This document shows, in pieces, positions 10,155 to 19,009 of a stretch of DNA of 25,734 nucleotides. The first letter of the stretch is position 1. Each line of letters opens with the position of its first letter. Source of the stretch: Armatimonadota bacterium (lineage in GTDB: Bacteria > Armatimonadota > Hebobacteria > CAIYQO01). A program made the translations under genes and the position numbers. The stretch is taken from the NCBI GenBank assembly GCA_038248345.1, contig JBBRXO010000027.1, positions 1-25,734 of the forward strand. Direction: 5' to 3'. Below the pieces are notes generated by a model that was not told where the DNA came from, ran no database searches, and was given only the letters and a program-made list of their open reading frames with translations.

Positions 10155-10937
10155 ATGAAGAAACTACAAGTCCTCGGATTGGCGGCTGGTCTGCTTCTCG
10201 CAACCAGTGCAGTATTTGCCAACACTACGTTCAATGGTCAGACCGGCAATGTCGCGCTGCCAACGGCTGAGATCACTCCTTACGGTGTGCTGGTCATCAC
10301 CGCTGATTACCAGAACACCAACAATATCCAGAGTGTAGAGGGAAATACCGGCGCGGCTTTCCTCACCCTTGGAATTGTTGACAATGTTGAGGTAGGCGTC
10401 GGCTACCGTTCGTTGCAGATTGATGTCCCTGGCCCCAATGGAACCACGGCTGACACCATGACCGCTAATGCTAAGTTCCTCACTCCGATCAAGCTGCTGG
10501 GGTTCGATTGGTCTGCCAGCGCTAACTACGGCGTCACACATAAGTACGGCATCAATCCCGATGATATTAAGACCACACAGGTAGCCTGGGTCGGCGATCA
10601 GAAATTCAAAATCGGTGAATACACCATGGCCACCGGCACTATCGGTGTAAACTGGACCGAAAAAGATTTAGGCGCAGCAGGTGCACCACATGCCGTCCGT
10701 TACTTCGCTGGTGTTTCGGTTCCGCTGGTTGCCAATGTCACCGCATTAGGCGACTACCAGACCGCCAGCAAGAATCTCGACCAGAAAGCGCTGTACGGCC
10801 TGGCTATTGCTTATCAGGCAACTAAAGATTTCACCATTAAGGGTGGTATCAGCAATGCCTACCCGACGAGCGAAACGACCGGTGCTGGTCAAGCCAAACC
10901 GTTCATAGCGATCAACGTTAAATTCAACGGTAAATAA
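10155..10937 (+). CDS. Exported protein, probable outer-membrane beta-barrel (YjbH-like N-terminus), paralog 1
   Basis: Signal peptide ending AVFA; FNGQTGNVALPTAE resembles the G-x-x-G-x-x-x-x-P-T-A start of YjbH-like barrels; alternating hydrophobic beta-strand pattern. Confidence 0.65.
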   Translation: MKKLQVLGLAAGLLLATSAVFANTTFNGQTGNVALPTAEITPYGVLVITADYQNTNNIQSVEGNTGAAFLTLGIVDNVEVGVGYRSLQIDVPGPNGTTADTMTANAKFLTPIKLLGFDWSASANYGVTHKYGINPDDIKTTQVAWVGDQKFKIGEYTMATGTIGVNWTEKDLGAAGAPHAVRYFAGVSVPLVANVTALGDYQTASKNLDQKALYGLAIAYQATKDFTIKGGISNAYPTSETTGAGQAKPFIAINVKFNGK

Positions 10938-10958
10938 ACTGTCGCGACAGAGAGAACG

Positions 10959-10997
10959 AACGGGGGATAGCCGAAATTAACGGCTATCCCCCGTTTT
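10959..10997 (+). terminator. Intrinsic terminator of paralog 1
   Basis: Perfect 15-bp stem aacgggggatagccg / cggctatcccccgtt running into a short T-tract. Confidence 0.85.
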
Positions 10998-11054
10998 GCT
11001 TATTGTTGCCGAATTATGTAACGCCTACTCTGTAGCATTTTTAACCTAATGACG

Positions 11055-11083
11055 TTGACAAATAGTATTACAGGTAGTATATA
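11055..11083 (+). promoter_or_regulatory. Putative sigma70 promoter of exported paralog 2
   Basis: TTGACA + 17 bp + TATATA; homologous to 9972-10000. Confidence 0.55.
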
Positions 11084-11241
11084 TGGAAGATAGTTACAAA
11101 GAATAGTTACAAAAACACTCATCTAATTGATATCCCATTGACCGTCAGGCCGTAAATGGCTTATTCATAACACCTCCCTGACGGGAGGGAGGAATTTTTT
11201 ACGTGGACACCATTAAAGGGGAGTCCAGAAAGGTGCAAACA

Positions 11242-12042
11242 ATGAAAAAGCTCCACACCCTCGGATTGGCGACTGGCCTGCTACTTGCAGCCAGTGTAGC
11301 ATTCGCCAGTTCCACTTTCAACGGCCAGGCAGGTAACGTTACGTTGCCCACAGCCGAGGTAACTCCTTATGGCATATTAGTTGTCACCCTCGACAGCCAG
11401 CGCAACGCCAATAGCGAGTTTTCGGGAGGTAATTCTGATGTAATGGGTGTCCGCTACGGCATCGCAAAAGATGTTGAGGTCGGCTTCGGGTACTATGAGT
11501 TCTGCTATATTATAGACCACGGTGATTATGGTAGTATTGGAACCAGCGGTGAGGATGCCAATACATCTAGTTTCTCTGCCAAGTACCAGACCCCCATCAG
11601 AGCATTAGGGTTTGATTGGTCCGCCAGCGCGTTATACGGCGTCACCAGCAAGTACGACACCTTCCCGGATGACATCAATACCACCCAGATCGCCTGGGTA
11701 GGCGACCAAAAAATCAAGGTCGGTGATAGCACTCTCACCACCACGGTGGGTGTGAACTGGACCGAGCAGGATAGGGGAGCAGCGGGTAAGCCGCACGCCA
11801 TACGCTATTTCGCCGGTGTCTCTGTCCCGGTTATTTTTAATCTTACCGCCGTAGGTGACTATCAGACCGCCTCCAATAATCTGGATGAAAATCCAATGTG
11901 CGGTATGGCGTTATGCTACCAGGTCAACGATAATCTCATGTTTAAGGCGGGCATCAGTAACGCCGACCCCGCCGGTGGGGTATTCGTCACTGACCATGCC
12001 AATTTTTTCCTTGGCGGTAGTATGAAATTCAAAGTCAGATAG
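11242..12042 (+). CDS. Exported protein, probable outer-membrane beta-barrel, paralog 2 (tandem duplicate)
   Basis: Shares long blocks with 10155-10937 (MKKL..LGLA.GLLLA.S, LGFDWSASA.YGVT, AWVGDQK.K, GVNWTE, RYFAGVSVP, GDYQTAS). Start set at ATG 11242 by homology. Confidence 0.7.
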   Translation: MKKLHTLGLATGLLLAASVAFASSTFNGQAGNVTLPTAEVTPYGILVVTLDSQRNANSEFSGGNSDVMGVRYGIAKDVEVGFGYYEFCYIIDHGDYGSIGTSGEDANTSSFSAKYQTPIRALGFDWSASALYGVTSKYDTFPDDINTTQIAWVGDQKIKVGDSTLTTTVGVNWTEQDRGAAGKPHAIRYFAGVSVPVIFNLTAVGDYQTASNNLDENPMCGMALCYQVNDNLMFKAGISNADPAGGVFVTDHANFFLGGSMKFKVR

Positions 12043-12083
12043 CAAATTAATAACGGTGAAGCATATGTGGTGATAGCTGATAT

Positions 12084-12281
12084 CAGGGGTATCGTTTTTA
12101 GCGACCGTCCTGTTCGCCCAGTCGTATACGACTGGGCTGGAGGGCTTCGCCGAACGTCCTTCGGACGGGAACGCTTGCCCTTTACCGTCCCGTGTCGAAG
12201 GACATTGGTCGTAGACCCTCCAGCCTGGTCGTTCACGGCCAGGCGAGGGCGGACGGCTTGTCACTAAAAACGATACTCCTG
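12084..12281. mobile_element. 198-bp non-autonomous foldback element (MITE-like, CAGG ends) with an internal cruciform
   Basis: 22-bp TIRs caggggtatcgtttttagcgac (12084-12105) and gtcactaaaaacgatactcctg (12260-12281), 2 mismatches. Flanking 10-mers tagctgatat / tagctggaaa (7/10). Interior almost fully self-complementary. Confidence 0.65.
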
Positions 12282-12330
12282 TAGCTGGAAATATCAGCTA
12301 TACCCCGTTTTGCGTTATAATTGTGGGACT

Positions 12331-13356
12331 ATGACTGATACACCTGAATATAAGCGCCGCCCGCGTTACCACGGGAAGAATCCGCGTAACTTTGACGAGA
12401 AATATAAGGAATTGCAACCGGAACGCTATGCGGATGACATCGCCAAGGTGCTGGCCCGCGGCGATACCCCGGCGGGCAGCCACCGTAGTATTATGAAGGC
12501 GGAGATGCTGCAGGTATTGCAGTTGCAACCCGGCGAGACAGCGGTTGACGCCACCCTGGGCTATGGTGGTCATGCCCGCGTGATGCTGGCGGCGCTGCGC
12601 CCCGGAGGGAAGCTCTACGGGTTGGATGTAGACGCCCAGGAGTTACCCAAGACAGAGTTGCGCCTGCGGGCTGCGGGCTTCACCGAGCAGGAGTTTGTTG
12701 CCCGCCAGTTGAACTTCGCCGCATTGCCACAACTGCTAGCCGAGGAAGGACTCCTTGGTGTGGATGCGCTCTTTGCTGACCTGGGCGTTTCCTCGATGCA
12801 GATCGACAACCCGCGCCGCGGTTTCACCTTCAAGCGCATGGGCCCGTTGGATTTGCGTATGAACCCGCTCAAAGGTGAGCCAGCGGCGGCGTTGTTGTTG
12901 AAATTGGATGAAGCGCAACTGGCGCAACTGCTGCGCGACAATGCCGACGAAGTATATGCCGGGCAGATTGCCCATGAAATATCAGCGCGGCGCGGTGAGA
13001 TAAACACAACCACGGACCTGGCCGCCGTTGTCCATGCCGCAACCCCGGCAGGCGAAGGCGATGACCCGGTACGCCGCACCTTTCAGGCATTACGAATTGC
13101 GGTCAACGGCGAATTCTCCGCCCTCGATACCTTGCTGGCCGTGCTACCCTACTGTCTGAATCCCGGTGGCCGCGCTGCCTTTATTACCTTCCACTCGGGC
13201 GAAGATCGCCGCGTGAAGCAGGCCTTCAAAGTGGGGATAGAGCAGGGGTTATACAGCGCCGTGGCTGACGAGGTACTGCGTCCGAATAACGTCGAACGCT
13301 ACAGCAACCCGCGTTCTGCCGCGGCTAAAATGCGGTGGGCGGTACGGGCGGAGTAA
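12331..13356 (+). CDS. rsmH: 16S rRNA m4C1402 methyltransferase RsmH/MraW family, orphan long-N-terminus type
   Basis: DATLGYGGHA, DLGVSSMQID...RGFTF...GPLDLRM, RTFQALRIAVN, ITFHSGEDRRVK, NPRSAAAKMRWA. TATAAT at 12316-12321 precedes ATG 12331. Confidence 0.88.
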   Translation: MTDTPEYKRRPRYHGKNPRNFDEKYKELQPERYADDIAKVLARGDTPAGSHRSIMKAEMLQVLQLQPGETAVDATLGYGGHARVMLAALRPGGKLYGLDVDAQELPKTELRLRAAGFTEQEFVARQLNFAALPQLLAEEGLLGVDALFADLGVSSMQIDNPRRGFTFKRMGPLDLRMNPLKGEPAAALLLKLDEAQLAQLLRDNADEVYAGQIAHEISARRGEINTTTDLAAVVHAATPAGEGDDPVRRTFQALRIAVNGEFSALDTLLAVLPYCLNPGGRAAFITFHSGEDRRVKQAFKVGIEQGLYSAVADEVLRPNNVERYSNPRSAAAKMRWAVRAE

Positions 13357-13376
13357 ATATTTACCCCGCCCGTACC
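13341..13376. repeat. 36-bp near-perfect palindrome across the rsmH stop, between convergent genes (terminator or REP-like)
   Basis: ggtacgggcggagtaaat / atttaccccgcccgtacc with one mismatch, which is a G-U pair on the minus strand. Confidence 0.7.
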
Positions 13377-13384
13377 AACCAGAG

Positions 13385-14704
13385 TTATTTCTTCCGCAAC
13401 ACTGGTATGCCAGAGCGGAAGGCTGGGCGCTGTTGGAGACTACGCGCCAGCGTTCGTTCTACCACGGCACCAGTAGTGCCATTGATGTCGCAGACGGTGG
13501 AAAATTCACCCGAGGGATTTAAGTCCCACGGCGCGCCGTAAGTTAATACTTTTGAATTGATAACGATAGGGGTCGAAGCGCCGTTAATATAGACGTAAAC
13601 TACCCCAGATACCGAGGTATGTGTGGCGTTCTGATAAGGATCACCCCAATAGTCTATTGCCACTGCATAGCTATCACCCGCCGTCATTTTGCCCAGGTAA
13701 ATCTCCTCGGTGCTGCTGCCATCACGGCTATCGCGGACGAACTGCGGATCATCATTGGTATTCCCAATTACTCCCCAATCCAGCACATTCGGTTGCCAGA
13801 AGCAGTCATTCACGGTGTCATATAAATCGTGATAAACTGGTGGGTTATTACGAATTAGGTGCAGATCAAGGTCTACAGGCTTATTCCAACCGAGGTCTAC
13901 ACGTAATGACTTGATGCCGGGTGTCGGAGGGATATAGTTGTTGGTATCTGGAGATACAATCGCGACCAGCGAATCGGCCAGTACCCCAGTGTTCCCGGGT
14001 ATATCAGTAATATCAATTGAAGCGCGGTCAAGGATAGTGACCTTCATGTTCTGGCTCCCACTGTAGCCAGCGCTACTATAGATACTATCCCAACGCACCG
14101 CACCAACAGCGGTCTGCAATCTTGCTGTACTTGAATTGCGATAAGCGACCGAGGTGGTATTGATGTTGATATTGCTACTATTCAACGGGGAGTTAGCACA
14201 TACTACAAACATGCCGATATTCCCTGAACTTAGACTGGCGATTTCCGCTCTCAAGCCAGCTACTGTGGTGTTATAACTCTGCGATTTGTAAAACGAGGTG
14301 AACGCAGACAACGTCTTTGTGTTCATGGAGTCTTCACGGACACCTGCGCGGGTGGTACTGCCGACAGGAGACATATACATAGCGTTGCTGGCGTTAGACT
14401 TATCCGTCACCAGCGTAGGGTAATAATAGTAGTTCGGATGAACGGCAAGGTAAGCAGTATCCGTGGAGTTTGAGAATCCGAGTACTTGAATGTTATTCAA
14501 ATGACCATTAGTAACAGTATCGTACACGGACAGCGATTCCTGCCAACTAGAACCTGAACTGTAATTGAGCGCCGCTAAACCAGCGCCACTGGTGGTAGCG
14601 CGTGACTCTGTCCAACTATTGGATAGAATCCCGCCACAGCCCGTCAACGAGATCAGTACTACAAGCAGCAGTGCAGAACACGTTGCCATGAGATTTATAC
14701 GCAT
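13385..14704 (-). CDS. Lipoprotein with a C-terminal YfaP/DUF2135-like domain
   Basis: Lipobox LTG-C after a hydrophobic stretch; LRVDLGWNKPVDLDLHL and DSRDGSSTEEI resemble YfaP-family motifs; AGGGAGG RBS before ATG 14704. Confidence 0.65.
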   Translation of the reverse strand: MRINLMATCSALLLVVLISLTGCGGILSNSWTESRATTSGAGLAALNYSSGSSWQESLSVYDTVTNGHLNNIQVLGFSNSTDTAYLAVHPNYYYYPTLVTDKSNASNAMYMSPVGSTTRAGVREDSMNTKTLSAFTSFYKSQSYNTTVAGLRAEIASLSSGNIGMFVVCANSPLNSSNININTTSVAYRNSSTARLQTAVGAVRWDSIYSSAGYSGSQNMKVTILDRASIDITDIPGNTGVLADSLVAIVSPDTNNYIPPTPGIKSLRVDLGWNKPVDLDLHLIRNNPPVYHDLYDTVNDCFWQPNVLDWGVIGNTNDDPQFVRDSRDGSSTEEIYLGKMTAGDSYAVAIDYWGDPYQNATHTSVSGVVYVYINGASTPIVINSKVLTYGAPWDLNPSGEFSTVCDINGTTGAVVERTLARSLQQRPAFRSGIPVLRKK

Positions 14705-14926
14705 TTTTCCATCCTCCCTTAGTTCTTTGCATCTTTGGATGTAATAGTACAATAATTACATCCAAACTGATATCTCCTAATACGCTTGTAATGTATCAAA
14801 AGTTCCACAATTATCAGTTTGTTTTGACAACAGCACAATCAGATGCTAAAAGGAATTCCCCATGGAGGGGAGAATTATTATAGAGTGAGCTTTGAACATG
14901 CTTCATTGCTACCGAAAGGCGTAATA

Positions 14927-17900
14927 ATGCATCCTCCTGCAGATAATAATCTACTAAATAATATCGCCCCGCATGCGCGGCAGTCCTATGCCGCGTGTGT
15001 GGCGGGGGAATGTGCCAGCCACTGGTGGACGGCGGTGATCATCACCGCTTCCAATCAACGGCAGGCGGAGCGCTATGAGGCGGAGATACGCCGCCGCCGC
15101 GAGAGTGGACACGTGCCCGCTGGCGTCACCTATCTGGTGGTGCCCGACCTTGATGATGCACGCATCGGCAGCGGGGGCGCCACTTTGAACGCATTGCGCA
15201 TGCTGGCTGAGCACAGCATGCACGGCGTGGCATCGCTGGAGGAATGGTGGGCACAGCAGCGCGTCTTCATCATCCACAGCGGCGGTGATTCACGCCGGTT
15301 GCCGCAGTATTCTCTCAGCGGAAAGCTGTTCTCCGCACTGCCAGTGAAGACCCCGTGGGGCGGCGTCTCCGCTGTTTTTGATGAAATGCTGGCGCTCTCC
15401 ACTGCCTGGGTAGAGAAAATGGACTCCGGGCTGGTGGTGGCCTCCGGCGATGTCATCCTCACCTTCGACGCCGAGGAACTGCACTGGGACACCCCCGGTG
15501 TGCGCGGCGTGGCAATGCGCGAGCCGGTGGCAGTGGGTAGTAAACACGGGGTATACATCACCGATGAGCAGGGGCGCGTCTACTCCTTCCTGCAGAAGCC
15601 AACCGCCGCACAGGTGTCTGATGCCGGTGGTATGCTCCCCGGTGATGAGGTAGCGTTGGACACTGGATTGATCCGTTTTGATGCCACTATCGCTGCGCGG
15701 CTCAGCGCGCTGGCGGGGGTTGATGCACAACATGGGAAGGTAACCGACGGCATCCTGGCCCGCACGGCTGCCGGTCGCCCCAATATCGATCTCTACGAAC
15801 ATATGACACTGGCGCTCACCGGGCAGTGGGCACCGGCGGAGGGAGCAGAGGACTACTGGTTACAGTTGGCCGATGCGCTTCGTGGCGTTCCCTTCTGGTG
15901 TGACTGCGTCGCTGGCGAATTTACCCATATCGGTTCAACAACGCTTTTCCGCAAATTGATGACGGAGGAGACGAACTTCACCCGTCTATATGAGGCGCAA
16001 CAGCGGCTGGGCAATATCACTATACCGGGACTACACTCCACCGGCGTCGTTGTAGACAGCGTCTTCGCGGGCGGCGGTGAGTTGGGGTCAGGTAGCATCG
16101 CTATCGAATGTTCCCTGCGCGTACCGATACATGCCGAACGTGGAGCGATCCTGCACGGCCTCTCTGACTTGCCGCTACCGGTACACATCCCCGCAGACAC
16201 GGTCGTACACCAGATACCCATTGCCCTGCCCGATGGTCGACATGGGGTCATCATCCGCGTTTATGCTGTGGACGACGACCCGAAAGGGACGGTGACCGAG
16301 GGCGCTACCTGGCTGGGTATTCCCTTTTTGGAGCAATTGCAGACGTTGGGCGTTAAACCGGAACAGGTATGGCCGGACGTCGCCGCCGCTGAACGAACGC
16401 TGTGGAACGCTGACCTCACCCATTGGGGAGCATCGCCGATGCCTGGGACTGCGCACGCTGGTTCATGGGCGATAAAGCAGCCTACAGTATCGAAAAATGG
16501 CAGGTAGCCACTAAACAATCGCTGGCCGAGAGCGCCAAATGGGCGGATGGCGCCGCGCTGGCGGAGGCGCACACGCGTCGGCTGCAGGCGAGCTGGCAGT
16601 TGGCCGCAGTGGCGCTGGCGGAGGCGGGCAGCGACATCCGCCCGCTGCTGGCTGCCCCGCCGGGTATTATCGCACTCTCCACTGCCGGGCGCGATCTGGA
16701 GATTAGCGCTGCCAGCCTGAAGGAAAGCAAACCTACCGAAGCCGCCAGCCGGCACTATATGGCCAGCTTCTTCCTCGGGCACGCCGGGCTGGTGAAGGAG
16801 GCCACTGCCGCCCGCGCCAGTGCCTTCGCCTGCGTACACCACGGGGTGGAACTAGGTATCGCCGCAGGCGACTTCGCCGCGCCGGGCGCGCAGTGGGCGC
16901 ATGCCGGGGTGAATGTGAGCGCTCCGGTGCGCGTGGACTTCGGCGGCGGCTGGTCCGACACCCCGCCCTTCTGCCTTGACTGGGGCGGTATCGTGCTCAA
17001 TATGGCGCTAGCGCTCAATGGTAAATACCCGATCATAACCCGGGCGCGCCGCATCAATGAGCCACTGGTGCGCTGCATCTCGCTGGACAGTGGCGAGCGC
17101 GCGGAATACCGTACCAACGAGGAGATATTCGCCCCGCTGGCCCCAGGCGATGCGCTGGCGTTGTCACGCGTGGCCGTACAGCTTTCCGGTGTGCTGACAA
17201 ATGATTTTTCGCTAGTTGAGACGCTGACGAAGATGGGCGGCGGCATTGAGATCAGCACTGAAGTTGACCTGCCGATGGGCAGTGGCCTGGGCACCAGCAG
17301 TATCCTGGCGGTAACGATAATCCGTGCGCTGGCACAGATGCTGGGCACTGTCATTACCCCCGCCGAACTCTTCGACCAGGTGATGCGGCTGGAGCAACGT
17401 ATGACTACCGGCGGCGGCTGGCAGGACCAGGCGGGCGGGCTTTTCCCCGGCGCGAAGCTGCTCACCACCGGCCCCGGGCTACGCCAGCATATTCGCGTGC
17501 AACCGCTGGAGTGGACACTGGAGCGCCGCGCGGAGTTCACTGGCCGCTTTGTGCTCTACTACACCGGCATCCGCCGCATCGCCAAAAACCTGCTCACCCA
17601 GGTGGTGGGCAGCTATCTGGCGCGCGAGGTGGCCACCGTGCAAGTGCTGCACAGCATCAAAACACTGGCCAATGAGATGGCCTACGCCATGCGCGAGGGC
17701 GAGTGGGGCTACCTGGGCGAACTGCTTGACCGGCACTGGGAGCTGAACCTGATCATGGACCAGAATATGACCAATGCGCCCATCAATGTACTGCTGCAGG
17801 AGGTGCGCCCCTACCTCTCCGGAGCCAAACTAGCCGGGGCCGGCGGCGGCGGCTTCCTTCTGCTCCTCGCGCGCGACGCCGATGCGGCCAAAGAGCTACG

Positions 17901-17985
17901 CCACCACCTGGCCGCGCGTGAAGGCGGTGGGCAGATATATGAATATGAGATCGCCGAGGGTGGGCTATTGGTGGAGACACTCTGA
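14927..17985 (+). pseudogene. fkp: Bifunctional L-fucokinase/GDP-L-fucose pyrophosphorylase split by a 1-nt deletion near 16417/16418 (pseudogene or sequencing error)
   Basis: N-part has RIGSGGATL, IHSGGDSRRLP, GKLFSALP, HGVY, FLQKP, DTG. C-part has GHMP kinase motifs PVRVDFGGGWSDTPP, LPMGSGLGTSS, TTGGGWQDQ, GAGGGGF. Restoring one base gives a continuous LWNADL(Y)PLGS. Confidence 0.85.
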
Positions 17986-17993
17986 TGGAGACG

Positions 17994-18310
17994 CGTAACT
18001 GTTCAAAGTTTCTAGTCTCTGATCGTCCTAACCCCGGAACTATTCTGAAAAATGAGTTATTGGTATTAAAAAAGAACGGGGTACTAATAGCAATGACCAA
18101 ATAATGAGAAACTAACATAGCCCCGGGCGAAACCAGGGGAAGGGGTGAAAATCCTATGGTGTAGTGTTCAAAAAGCCTACCCCGGGCTTCACCCGAGGTT
18201 ATGTTAGTATCCGTTTGAGAGCTAATGAGCCCTAGTAGCTCATCTATTGAATCAGGTTGTGGGCGAAGCTTATTTTAGTATTTACATGCTGACAACTCTG
18301 AACTGTTACG
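17994..18310. mobile_element. 317-bp MITE with 17-bp TIRs and an exact 6-bp target-site duplication
   Basis: TIRs cgtaactgttcaaagtt / aactctgaactgttacg (2 mismatches); GAGACG at 17988-17993 and 18311-18316; second copy at 1-137; internal inverted repeat 18108-18139 / 18180-18211; no ORF. Confidence 0.88.
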
Positions 18311-18319
18311 GAGACGACT

Positions 18320-18907
18320 TTGCCAATTTCACGCAGTTATATGTTCCTTAAAATCCTGCTGGACTACGCGCTGGCGGTGGTGTCGCTCATCATCTTCGGG
18401 CCGTTGATGCTACTGGTGGCACTGGTCATTGTGTTGGATTCACCTGGCCCGGCGCTCTACCGGCAACTGCGCGTGGGGCGGTATAGACGGGAGTTCACCA
18501 TCTACAAATTCCGCTCCATGCGCATCGATGCCCCTAATATCAGCACCGCCGAGATGGAGAAGATGGCGGAGAAGCCCTTCACCCGCATTGGCCCGATGCT
18601 GCGTAAGACCAGCCTGGATGAGCTACCGCAACTGCTCAACATCCTGTGCGGCCAGATGAGCTTCATCGGCCCGCGCCCCGCGCTGCCCTCACAGACAGAC
18701 CTGAACGCCGCGCGCGAGGAAGCGGGCGTGCATCAGGTACGCCCCGGCCTCACCGGCCTGGCGCAGATCATGGGACGTGACGAACTGGATGTGGCGACAA
18801 AAGTCGGCTATGACCTCGACTACTGCCGCCATATGTCGCTGGGCAACGATGTAAAGATCTTCTTCCAGACGTTTGCGGCGGTGTTTAGCGCACGGGGAAA
18901 TAAGTAG
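18320..18907 (+). CDS. Small monotopic phosphoglycosyl transferase (bacterial sugar transferase, PglC/WcaJ-like)
   Basis: K..LD + TM segment, DSPGPALYRQ.RVG, YKFRSM, RKTSLDELPQL.NIL.GQMSFIGPRP, RPGLTGLAQI.GR. TTG start after GGAG. Confidence 0.92.
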   Translation: MPISRSYMFLKILLDYALAVVSLIIFGPLMLLVALVIVLDSPGPALYRQLRVGRYRREFTIYKFRSMRIDAPNISTAEMEKMAEKPFTRIGPMLRKTSLDELPQLLNILCGQMSFIGPRPALPSQTDLNAAREEAGVHQVRPGLTGLAQIMGRDELDVATKVGYDLDYCRHMSLGNDVKIFFQTFAAVFSARGNK

Positions 18908-18926
18908 GGGCGCAAGACTTGCGCCC
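18904..18926 (+). repeat. GTAG-type REP palindrome
   Basis: gtag-gggcgcaag-a-cttgcgccc, overlapping the TAG stop; same family as 23787, 23860 and 25507. Confidence 0.7.
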
Positions 18927-19009
18927 ATGAGTATCATTTATTGTTATCCGCACCCCAATGCCATGGTTTTACCTAACCCCCGGACTCGTGACTAGAGACT
19001 AGCGACCCG

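Noticed and set aside
12067..12267. 66-aa ORF, or a 6S/SRP RNA, as explanation of the structured element
   Set aside because: The ORF has no coding signal. The structure has no open central bubble or recognisable SRP helix-8 motif, and TIR/TSD plus the interrupted terminator fit an insertion better. An Rfam search is still needed.
16410..16430. Programmed -1 ribosomal frameshift in fkp
   Set aside because: No X XXY YYZ slippery site or obvious stimulator; a point deletion is simpler.
18248..18277. Outward-facing promoter in the MITE (ttgaat-N18-tatttt)
   Set aside because: Weak match, and the -10 differs in the other copy (tacgtt).
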